Assembly (NCBI GenBank): GCA_043228905.1 | Contig: JBHGNT010000016.1 | Coordinates: 18,972,001-19,036,000 of the forward strand | Direction: 5' to 3' | DNA from: Azolla caroliniana | Taxonomy: Eukaryota; Plantae; Polypodiophyta | DNA: 64,000 bases | Shown: positions 13,142 to 24,985 of the stretch, piece after piece | Numbering within the stretch: position 1 is the first letter of the stretch | Layout: every line of letters starts with the position of its first letter | Translations under genes and position numbers: made by a program | Notes under the pieces: generated by a model | Told to the model about the DNA's origin: nothing | Database searches by the model: none | The model's input: the letters and a program-made list of their open reading frames with translations, nothing else

Positions 13142-14344
13142 ACCTAATGAGTGCACACTCCTGGGTGCACAATGGGAGGTGAGGTCGGAGTGTCAGGGGC
13201 GAGGAGGATGGAGTAGGGTGGTTCGTTGGGTTGTGGGTGATGGCAGAGGTGGTGGCAGATGCATCAAATGTTGAGGGGAAGTAGGTGAATCTCCTGCATT
13301 TGATCGGTTGTTGTGAAGAAGTCTTTATTCGGACCGGTTAGTCACGTGGATGTGGTATAGCTAGCAAAGGAAGAGGGGGGGTGTCCTACCAAAACTGATG
13401 TAGATTGGAAAGAATCAAGTGTCAATCATAGTTTCAAAATCCCATTTGTAGATGGAGGGGAGGATGTTGACATGGGTCAGAGGCCTACAAGTTGTCGACG
13501 TATTGGGCCTTTATTTAAATCAAAATCGAGACCCCACCACGAGTGGAAACATCATCGGAAGATGGGGGCATGGAAAGAGGGGGGAGTCGAGGAGAATTAA
13601 CAGAAGTTGTAAAAATCGGATGCTCGCTTGGATGTATGGGTCAGGCACATCATGATATGTACGTATGAAACATCGCATGAAACGGATCATCCCAGCTTCT
13701 ATTGGGGTTGTTGTTAAGAGTCGTGGAAACATAGAAGCCTAGGGTGGTTAACCATTCCTGAGCTGCCTGAAAATCGTGCCAACTCCATTGTCGTGGGAGG
13801 GGACAAAAGCAGAGGTTCGTATGCATCTCTGGGTGATGTAGTGCGAACCACTAGCAAAATGATGATTGCTCAAACCACGGGAGGCACCACAACGACTGGG
13901 TACTCGGGAGTTCGGTCAGCGGGTTAGCCATCGGGAAGTACCATCCTCGAGTCAAAGGGGGGTGGGAGTTCGACCAAGTGAGCAAGATGTTGACTTGGGG
14001 CTCGATGGCAACCTCAGGGTATTAGGCGTACAAGCGTGTGAGGAGCAAGGGGGGTTCGCAAAAATCGAACTCCCATGGGATGGGGGTTGCAGATTGACTG
14101 TCGAGGCGGGAATCCCAACCGTCATCGCGTTCGATGCCAGTGCCACCTATAGCCCGTGAGCCAATTGGTACAGATCTACTAAGTCCGTGTAGGTCGTGGC
14201 TGTGTTGAATCTAGCAGACACGTACTACAATTGTGGGGGTGTGGTAAAGATGGGAGGCGGGAGCTATTGGTGAAGCATCAGGTGGGCGAGGGGATGGTTG
14301 AAAGGGAGGGCTTTTCAAAGGGTGGCTTTGGTCAATGCACATTT

Positions 14345-14857
14345 CGTATGGTTGAGGACATGTGTATGTGTGTGTGTGTCAAGAGGCAATCGATGGGTAG
14401 AGGATCCAAAGCGGGGGGGATAGGGGAGGTAGGGACGAGCGAGGTGAGGGGTGTGTGTTAGGTGTGCAAGCGAGGGTGGGGATGGTGGGGATGGTGGCTA
14501 GGAGGGGGTTTGCGGGGGTGGTGGGTATCACTGAGTGAGTTCGATGTGTGTGTGTGTGTCAAGAGGCAGTCAATGGGCAGAGGATCCAAAGCGGGGGGGA
14601 TATGGGAGGTAGGGACGGGCGAGGTGAGGGGTGTGTGTTAGGTGTGCAAGCGAGGGTGGGGATGGTTGAGGACATGTGTGTGTGTGTGTGTGTGTGTGTG
14701 TCAAGAGGCAGTCGATGGGCAGAGGATCCAAAGCGGGGGGGATAGGGGAGGTAGGGATGGGCGAGGTGAGGGGTGTGTGTTAGGTGTGCAAGCGAGGGTG
14801 GGGATGGTGGCTAGGAGGGGGTTTGCGGGGGTGGTGGGTATCACCGAGTGAGTTCGA
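14345..14857. repeat. G-rich tandem repeat, ~3 copies of 140-190 bp, each with a (GT)n tract
   Basis: GTCAAGAGGCA..GAGGATCCAAAGCGGGGGGGATA..GAGGTAGGGA..GGTGTGCAAGCGAGGGTGGGGATGGT recurs at about 14378, 14558 and 14700. Confidence 0.9.
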
Positions 14858-14939
14858 ATCCCATTCCGAGGCGATGTCGATTGGGGGTTGGGTACAGTCA
14901 GGGGGTTGGAGGGCTCTCGCGCGGGCCTCATAGAAGGTC

Positions 14940-15320
14940 ATACGTGTGTATTCTTAAGCTATATGGGACATGTTTTTTCTGTACAACGATTGACAAAGAT
15001 ACTAGACATAGTTCATTACATGTCCGGTTGCTAAAGCCATTTGGGTGGTTATATCACAAATTTGGGAATGAATAAGTGTAGTATTTTGTCATATTTTAAG
15101 TGGGTTTTTATTGATGATGATAAAGGTATACCTGCACCATCATATCAAGTCATGCTTGACTATCTTAGGTATTGGGGGATGTGGTTTAATTGGACAATGA
15201 GAAATGGGTTCATGCTTGGTGGACTTCATAGGGTAACACAACAACTCCGTAGTGATAAAAGGGGAGTTGATTTGGCAATTTTCGCAACTATGTTGGATGG
15301 GGATGTTGTCCCAATATGAG
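14940..15320 (+). mobile_element. Short 3' fragment of an L1-type LINE
   Basis: CFFCTT..D..H and YLRYWGMWFNWTMRNGFMLGG parallel CIFCTV and FLRYWGLRRNWNMRNAFVFDG in the LINE ORF at 62176-62670. Confidence 0.65.
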
Positions 15321-15600
15321 GTAGAGTTATGTCATCTAGTATTACAACACTGAAGAGGGTTTACCTTGCCATCTCACTACCAATGAAGTAATGGAGATAG
15401 CAATGGTTGTATTATCATCTTGTTTTAATAATAAACATGCATTTACGAAAAAGAAGAAGGAGAAGATAGTGATAAGAGAGAACAAGAGGGAGAAAAGGAT
15501 GAGTTGTCTACAATAAGTGAAATAATGGAATTTAACAACAAAGAAAGAGAAAGAGAAATGACCAATCACAAATGCCTTCACTCGACAAGTGATGATCAAC

Positions 15601-15988
15601 GGTTCGAAACTCCTTCCTTACATATATATGAGAGGTGCAAGTTAAACCATCTTACATTCTCGAGATGATCAAAGTATTATCATTTAAGTGGTGTAAATTG
15701 ACATATTCAAGTAATAGAAGTATTCCCTTTTCATCAAGGGTTCAAATCTCCTTTCTTACATATATATGAAAGGTGCAAGTTAAGCCATCTTACATTCTGG
15801 AGATGATCAAAGTGGTATCATTTAAGTGGTGTAAATTGATATATTCAAGTAATAGAATTATTTAGTTTTCATCACGGGTTCAAATCTCCTTCCTTACATA
15901 TATATGAGAGGTGCAAGTTAAGCCATCTTACATTCTCGACATGATCAAAGTGTTATAATTTAAGTGGTGTAAATTGATATATTCACAT
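15601..15988. repeat. 138-bp tandem repeat, 3 copies; the third is interrupted and resumes at 16665
   Basis: GGTTC(G/A)AA(A/T)CTCCTT(C/T)CTTACATATATATGA starts at 15601, 15739 and 15877. Confidence 0.9.
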
Positions 15989-16550
15989 TGTCGTGAAGAA
16001 AACCGGCCAGAAGTGAAATCGGCGAAGCAGGTCGCATGAACCAGCTCTACACTTTTCCACACCAATTAATACCTTGTACATAACTAGGAGTAGGACGGTG
16101 GGTGTAAATAGACTAGATGTGACACATTGAATGTCTAGGAAATCAAGGAGTATCTTTGTCCGAAAGGACAGAGAATAAATGGATGAAAACGAGGGTGCAA
16201 TGGCCTGCCTCGACGGCCTATAAAAGGGAAGGAAGAAGGAAGATGAAGGTATCACATTTTGGGAGTGAGGAGGAAGCGCTATCGGATTGGGACTGAGATC
16301 TCTCCTCCATCGTTCATCATTCACTGCAGGATTTTGGGACTGAGTTGCCTCTGCTTCGTGGACAACCCGTGTGCTTCCGACAGAGGTTCCACAGTGCAGT
16401 CGGGCTGCGTGCGTGCGTGAGCTTTGTGTGGGTGTGTGTGTTCGCCTGAGTCGGGTCCGTTGCCGGCTTGCCGGTTGTAATCGTTATTGAATTTGTAATC
16501 AAGACTTTGTTCTCTCTCTCTCTTTCCCCCCCTCTGTGTTTCCGCAAGCT

Positions 16551-16598
<48 letters not shown>

Positions 16599-16664
16599 GC
16601 TCCTTGGTTCAAGGCCCCCGCGGTCCTGCCTCTTTCCACACGCGAAGAGCGTAACAACTCGACA
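15989..16664 (+). mobile_element. Solo LTR with TGTCG...CGACA termini and an apparent 4-bp TSD (ACAT/ACGT)
   Basis: 5-bp terminal inverted repeat, internal TATA (CCTATAAAAGGG, ~16218) and a (CT)n tract. The interrupted 138-bp repeat continues (GTAATAGAAG) immediately after the right end. Confidence 0.75.
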
Positions 16665-16799
16665 ACGTAATAGAAGTGTTCAGTTTTCACCTCATCCTCT
16701 TCAATATCTATTTCGCATAACCGCACCCTCTTTAGCCCAACCATGTTGTTTACTTCTAGGATCTCCACTTTGAATAATTAAATGCCCGCAATGTTGCCG

Positions 16800-17480
16800 A
16801 TTGTGACCTATGTGACAATGTCATCGAGGATGACAAGCGAGATTTTGATGGAAATGGGCAGATCATAAGTGTGACGATAACATGACAACATATCCGAGAG
16901 GTTCATTCATCTCAATCTCGTGTGTCGTATTTCCTCAGGTAGAACTGAAGTAGCAAATGCATGAGTTGATGTCGCATCCGGTGCCACAACAACAACTGAC
17001 CATTCATTTGGATTTCCTACTTTTAACAGTATATACAATAAGGGGAAGCTCCATGATAGAAACGTATCAACCAACATCGTCAATGATGAATGATTGAATC
17101 TTTACAGTGTTATATCCTTCCATTTAATCGATTACCCAGAGGATCGACTTCATGAATGAATGAATCGAGATTTTGATGGCGACGAACATATCATAAGCAT
17201 GACGATAATGCGACAACATCTTCGGGAGGTTCATCCATCTCAACCCCATGATTCATTCATTCTAGTCGAGGATCGACTTCATGAATGAATGAATCGAGAT
17301 TTGGATGGTAACGAACATATCATAAGTGTAACGATTCATGTCAATCTCAATCTCATGATACATTCATTCATTGTAATCGAGGATCCCACTTCATGAATGA
17401 ATGAATGAATGAATGAATAAATTGAGGAGCCACTTCATCTCATCTCATGATTCATTCATTCATTTTGATGAGAATGAATT
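16800..17480. repeat. Degenerate ~130-bp repeats with (TGAA)n and (TTCA)n motifs upstream of HslU
   Basis: GAGGATCGACTTCATGAATGAATGAATCGAGATT at about 17139 and 17269, with a related copy at ~17380. Complementary ATTCATTCAT motifs are interspersed. Confidence 0.75.
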
Positions 17481-17670
17481 ATGAAGGAATATGTATATGT
17501 ATAATGTATGTATGGAATTGAGATGGTTTCCATTATTTACATAACTAGCCCCACGAAGAAAGACATGGCAGTTGCTCTTCCTGCAGATCTTCATCGCTGA
17601 GACGCAGACGACGACGATCGTTGAAAAGAAGAAGACAGAAGACAGAAGACAGAGCGCAGGAGACGAAGAA

Positions 17671-18285
17671 ATGATCCTCCTCCAGAGGTTTCTTCCCGCC
17701 TTCAGACAGATTAGGCTTACCCATCAGACGTGGCTCCATCTTTCAACGTAAGTACCTGAACCAAACTCAACTAATCTGGCATAATCTGCACCCATCTCAG
17801 CTCAATCGTCCCGATCTATCGTGATTTCTTCCACGTTAATGAATTTCCTTTTCCTTCCTTCTGCGTAAGGAGCTGATGCATGACCTCGAATCTTGTTTTT
17901 ATTCTCTGTTTGATCTATTCTTGTCCTAAGAATTTCGGTTTAAGTTTTTCTTTTCGAAAATACCTTTTCTGTGTGGGCCCATTTATCTAGATCCTTCAGC
18001 TAATGGTGGCTGATTCAATGTACTGAGAAGAAGAACAATACATTTTAAATCAAGGAAGCGTTAGAAGTCTTGATTGGTTCATTTGTTGATGGTTTCCCTA
18101 ACGTGTTCTGCATTGTGTATTGAGCTAGAGGTTTTGGTATGTACTTCTTTGGAAAAATATGTAAGAAATTTGAATTATGAATAAATGTAGCCACACACAT
18201 ATCAACCTCAATCCAATTTCATTAACTAAATGAGCGAGCAACAGAAAATGGATGGAAGAAAGATATTGATCCATGAGTGACAAAA

Positions 18286-18327
<42 letters not shown>

Positions 18328-21300
18328 CTTGTTTCAGCTTTCACTGTTAGAGTGTTGCTTTAAACATACCTTATTGGATCTTTACAGAAAATCTAGTTTG
18401 TGAATTCTAAAGAGTCACTTCTATAACTGTTAAGCATTTATGGGAGCTGAATTTGACCTTGGTCACAATCCATCTCTTTGATTCCAGTTTGGGATGCTAA
18501 AAATGGCACAAACACATACATATTCTAAACCAGAAACAAAATTAACTCATTGTAATTTCAGTAAATTTGACTTTCTTGGTTCATACCATTTTTGGAATCC
18601 TAGAAAATTGATGTATAAATCCCGAAACATTATAAATCTGTATGCTTTCTTAACATCTAATGTATCTTAATTTTCCTAGTTTTGTACATTATGGCTACAG
18701 ATTCAGGTATGGTATCATATTGTGATTTTTTCCTCAGATTCTCTAGGTTTTAAAGAGCAAGAAATTTTAGAAAAGACCGTCTTTCTTTATGTATGCTGCA
18801 AGTGCTACTCGTTTAAGTTGAATCTCTTAGGATACTAAAGTTTTAGGATATTTTTAATGTTGGCAGATCTACCCTTTCAGAAGGAGTAATTGATAATGTT
18901 AAGGCATCAGAGGTTGAATTTGAAGTGGCCCCATCAGGTATTGATCACACGTAGTATCATGAGTTTGATAAAGGGGAAGTAGTTGACACAAGCCTTATTT
19001 CTATTTGAATTATGGTCTTGTAGCAGGTCAATCAAGCTTGACGCCTTCAACGATAGTTGGCATATTGGATCGCTATATTGTTGGACAAGGGGATGCAAAA
19101 CGTGCAGTTGCGGTGGCTTTGCGTATGCGCCTATCAGCCTTTTGCTTGTAAACAATCCACTTAGAAAGTAGGTCATGTTCAATGCTAGAGCTGAAATAGA
19201 AAACTCAAGTAGAAGATAATCTCCTTCCTTGTTACTGCATATTCAAGCACCGATGTTTAAGTTTCCAGAAATACATTTTAGTTTTTGGTCTTCCTGTCTT
19301 GTGGAGCTTTAGATTTCACTCTTTATTGAACTCGAATATGTTCCTGCTGGCTTTGAATCAAACAACCATTTTAGATTTAATTAAGGATGCATAACTGTTG
19401 CTGACCTCATCTTTATGGATGGATCAAGATGGTGCTGGATAATGTGAAGATAACGATTGATGGCCCAGTCCTAGGATACTATAGGAAATGTGAGCCTTTC
19501 TGAATCTTAATCAGGATTTTGCTGAAATTCTCACTGGATTTGTGTTGAAATCTTAGAACATGATGCAAGGTTACTGGCATGAATGTGTGTTGTGATTAGT
19601 CATAAACATTACTAGAATTAGTCTGATTCTTCATGATTGGAAAGTGGATGTGATGCTACCTTGTTTATTGAGAACAGAATCGATTTCTATCATTGGAATG
19701 TTTCCAAGTGCCATTTCTTCTGTGGTATGGTTTTACAATATGTCCAAACAGGAAGCAACATGGGTGTTTAAAAAAATCTTGATGCCTTCGTAACACATTA
19801 CCAGAAGAAATGCTCATAATGTCAACTTAATAAAGCAAAATGAATTAAAACAGTATGCCTGCTGTGCTACAATAGATTTTAGAAGTATAGACAATCTATG
19901 GATTTTTACAGGCATGAGATTTACATTTTGAACTTGATATCAACAGGATTACTCCAAATTGAGATTTCCTGGTATATATGACTGAACTCTGAAGGCAGGG
20001 AAGATGCCATCATCCCCAGGTTTCAGCGGAAACCCATATAACACCATACTGTAGCATAAAAGAGGCCTCTCATATAACCCATATAAATCCCGAAACATCC
20101 CTTTGGTGACAATATCGTTTATGTGTAGGTTTTAGGTCTCCTAGAGGCCTATTTCTCTAATATTTAATAATGATTGGTATATATACATGTGTGTGTGTGT
20201 GTTCATGTATGTGTGTGTGTGTGTGTGATATATAGATAGATAGATAGATAGATAAATATAGATTGATTGGTAGATAGATGAATAGAACCTAAGCTAATTA
20301 CACTGGTTCCAACACATTAAAGAAGACGCATTTAATCTGTTACTTGAAAGCCTTTCATTCCATTGTTAATCTCATATTACTTTGAAAAAATCCCCATTCC
20401 TGTGAAAAGCTCCTTCTGCAAATAGTTGCACACCAGTTTTCAATAGTCCCCAACATAGTAGAGCTTAAATATAGCTTTTACTCTTTGATTACAATCACAA
20501 GAAAACGCCTTAAGATGGGTGACCATGGTCTCCATAACATCGCCTTCTTCTCATGTATCAAATATGCCTTTGAATGTGTAGGCTGCACTCTAAAGTTCTA
20601 TCTTTTCAATACAATGGGTCATCCTTTGACGATTTTACATAAATACCACAGGGAATAGATGGCGCAGGCATCGAGTGCCTCCTGAATTAAGGGAGGAAAT
20701 CGTTCCCAAAAATATTTTAATGATAGGTCCTACTGGATGTGGGAAGACAGAAATTGCAAGGAGATTGGCAAAGCTTGCAGATGCACCTTTTGTTAAGGTT
20801 AGCTAGCTCTCTGCCTATGGGAATATGTTTAATTGACAATCGTGATTCTAGGCATGAGCTATTAAACTTGTTGCTCATTACTCATTTCTGTGCTTAGACA
20901 TGGAGATCTATATACCAAATCTGACACCTTTAATATGTCTTCTTCTCTTAGGTTGAAGCCACTAAGTTTACTGAGGTAGGATTTCATGGCCGAGATGTAG
21001 ATCAGATAATTCGTGATCTGGTTGATAATGCAATTCAATTGCAACGCCAAAAGGTATTAAAATGATATTCAATTTTATGGCTGTTAAGTGAGTGAAACAA
21101 ATTGTGTTCCAATGGATATGTAGGTGCGCTTGCAGGTTGTAGAAGAAGTTAAAGAAGTTGTTGCACAGCAGATATTGTTAAAGCTCACTGGATTAAATGG
21201 TTCTATGGAGGTGTCCTCATCTTTCTAATTTTTACTGTTTACACCTAGCTAACATTGTTTTAACGTTTGATTGATCTTGGAAAATTGTCACTTGTAGAGT

Positions 21301-24300
21301 GGGAATCTTACCCCAGAGGAACGAGACGCATACCATGGTTATCGGCAACTATATTTTAGCGGTGAATTGGATGCCAAAATGGTAACTGTTGATTTGCCTG
21401 AAGGAAAGGTGCGGATGCCATTCGATTTTTCTAATGCTGGTGGGATCGGAGTAGGTAACTTTGTTTATAAGGTAAGATTTCATTTTCAATACAAAATCAT
21501 TAACCATGAAGGATTTAAATTGAAGAATATTGGTATATCATGTTTGTTTCTGCAAAGAGTATTGAATTAATAATTATACAACACTTGCTGCAAATTCACA
21601 AGATCACTGATAAAGATTGGACACACTGCAGCGGTTGCAAATCTCACACTGTAGGATGGATGTTCCAGATAGTGGTGGCAGTAAATGACAAGCATTCACT
21701 TTGTTCTAGTGACAAATTAAATTTTTTGGTGATTCCCAGATCATTGAAACAAAGCTCCACAGATGATGTGGAATCAGATCAAATAAATCTGTGAGCATGA
21801 ATAGTGCAATTGTAAATATTTCGCCATTATAATGTGGTTACAAGGGGTAAATCTGCCACTATCACTTCCATATAGGAACCGAGGCTTGAAAAACAGTCAG
21901 AAATCCCATCTGCAATCCAGAAATTCTGACCACTGTTCTCTGGTTTTCGGATTTGCCACTCCTTTGACACATTCACAAACATCCCATCAATGGTCGTCAA
22001 ACTTCCTATTACAAACAGATAATTTGTCCAATCCTCAGACAATGGTTTCTAGCTACTGGAGCCAATGGTTGTGCCAGTTTATCTGTGGAATTGAAGGGCA
22101 TAAAAGTTGGATCTCCTCTAATTTTCTCCAGATAAACATTTAGATTCACAATGCCCAGTGCACCTTTGCCTAATAATAAGGAATACCATTGACTTTGTCT
22201 GAGAAGAAAGGGTAGCATCCTCGATTGTAATGGAACCCACTTGGGCCATATGATTACAATGAGTCCAAACGGAAAGTTTGTTATCTCAAATATAAAATAA
22301 GATATGAGGATGTCATGTTATATCATGTATTGGCCACTAATTACGAGGATTCAGAAATAGGGAAGTCACTGATCCTTAATAGAAACAAAAGGATCCTTAA
22401 TTGGTCAAGATCCTGGAAGTGCAAAGGAAGATCATGACCGTCGATTTAATATCAATTTAATGCACTTCAGAGCAGTATGGCCACAAGATTAACAATTGCT
22501 CATTATGGAAATTTGTATTGTGCATGATGACTAGAATTCTTACAAAAGTGTACAATCAAATGATGGCTTGAAAAACACAAGGAAATAAGGTCTTTGACTG
22601 AAATGAAACAGTACTACCACACAAAATGTCTGATCCCATGATAATGTCTTGTTGCAGTTCCCTCAATCACAAGTTCTAAACTGGCTCATATCTAACAATA
22701 GACAACGTAGAACAGATATGATCAACTAGTTGAATTCTTTCTACGAGGAGATTGAGAAGTAGAGAATACAGCCAGATCCAGTCCATCGTCTCTTGCTTTG
22801 GGGATTTACTTCCATGATCCATTGATAAGGCAGAAGCTTTTGCTGCCAAATCTCCTGGAATATATGGTGGAAACCTATTTAGCCGTGTTGATGTGCACTG
22901 TAGGTGAACTTCGTCACATTCCAGCATTTGCAACCATTTCCTTTGTCTAGTTGCTTGAAATTCGTCAAACATTTCAAAATCTTGCTGACTCTCTTAATTT
23001 GCCCATCCATCTTTGGATGGTATAAGGAACTTAATTTTAGCTGAGGAACTCCCCATTCATTGAAAGATCATGGTACTTAAAAAATAAATGAAAAATGTCT
23101 TCACCACCTCTTCCGCTTCACAAGGAGTCCCATATATTAAATGAAGCAGGCTCAGCTTGTTAAATCATTCTACTACCACACGGCACTCTTGTGCTATCTG
23201 GATGGAGGCAACCATGTAATAAGTCTATAGAAATGGATACCCAAGGGTTTTCTGGAATGGAAAGAAGGAAGCAGCCTGCAAACAAACATTGGAAGTACAA
23301 ACATAATCTTCCTTGTCCTCAGCCTAGTTTCTGCCCAAAATAGACTGTAGTAATGAGTGCTCGAGATTCCTAGTCCACAGTTTGTTATGATGCTCATGAA
23401 CCATTTTTCATCTCAGTTAGGATGATGGAGACATAATCTTCTTTGCGTGGACCACTAAAGGCCACCTGACACCATTATTATTGTGGCCTTGCGGCAGCCT
23501 ACTTGGAGTTAACTCTGAGCCGATTTATGCTCCACAATGAGCTTTCTTGATTTTGTCTACAATCCCATCCATTGAAGGACTCGAACCGTTGCTATGCACT
23601 CTCGCCCCCGCAAAGTGTCTGCACTCACATTCTCTATGCTCGGTCACCTGAACTAACATATGAGGCAGGCAAAGATTCCAACTTTTTTTAAGTGGTATGA
23701 GAATGCCTGTCTAGATGCACAACCAAGAGTTGTGTTCAGTGTTGGCTTCATGGGAACCTTTTGGAGCATGGCTGGAAAGAGTAAGGAATAATATCAGAGC
23801 ATGGCTGATACCTTCATTGGAAACATTATTCGAGGATGATGAATATATGGAAGTTATCAGCTACTGGAATAACTGTGGTGAAGAAAAGCCAAGCATTACA
23901 GTCCAACCAGTCTTGGAGGAAAAATGGCTGATCTGATAAAGAGATTGGCTAAATGGAGTAAGCTGCTTCCTTTGTGAACAAAGAACCAAGATCACAAGTT
24001 CCATCTTCCTATGAACCCTCTGCTCTGAGACCACTTTAACAGACATCGCCAATGACCGGAATCCTTTTTTACATTTCTTATAACATGATAAGGTAATGGC
24101 TACCACTCTTACCCACTTGATATGAGATATTCTTGGTTTGGATGAAATGTGTATATGCTTTATGATCTATTTTGAAGGCAAAGTATGATGTCATATTCCA
24201 CTATCCTCTGAATCGATCTTGACATTTTTAGTAACAATATAGGTTATTTACGTTTATATATATCATTTACTTGAGCTGGGCACTGGTTTCATTAAAGTGA

Positions 24301-24949
24301 AGTGTGGAGCTTTGAGGGAGTGAGTGCCGATAACGAATCTCATGATTATGACTTGGTTGTAGATTGAAAGTGCACCTAGGAGCCAAAGGGTAGAAATGCC
24401 TGTCAAGGATGCTAAGCAAAAAATGGTGGAGTTTGAAGTGGAGAAACGTTTGAATACTGACCAATTAACAAAGGATGCCCTGCAGGTCAGCTTTTGCATT
24501 TAATCTGGAATGCATTTTTCTTGTTATGGTAACGACATTCATGTTTTCTTATTTTATTTTGATGGTTGATAGCTTGCAGAATCCGATGGAATTGTTTTTA
24601 TAGATGAGATAGACAAGATAGTCAGCACAGCGGAGACAAGATATGGGGCTGATGCAAGTGCAGAAGGTGTACAAAGGGATTTACTTCCTATCATTGAGGG
24701 AAGGTTAGTAGCTTAACCAAAGACATTCCTGGTGGTTTTTTTCTCTTGGATTGTATATTGGTTTTGATGAGAGGTTTGGTTTTAATGAATAACACAAACG
24801 ACGGTCTTTCTTAAATACCCGTGTTGCAGTCACGAGTCATAGCTGCAATAAGGATGTATAGTAGGGTTTTCTTCCAATTGTTAAGGGCAGGCTCATGTAT
24901 GTACTATAAATGTATACCATGTATATATATGTATGCATACATACATACA

Positions 24950-24985
<36 letters not shown>

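Noticed and set aside
15983-16773. Small protein gene or miRNA locus with TATA box
   Set aside because: Better explained as a solo LTR (terminal inverted repeats, interrupted host repeat). The ORFs derive from microsatellites.
18738-18790. Additional HslU exon
   Set aside because: In the phase required by exon 1 it hits a TAA, and it is only 31 nt from the 18707 donor.
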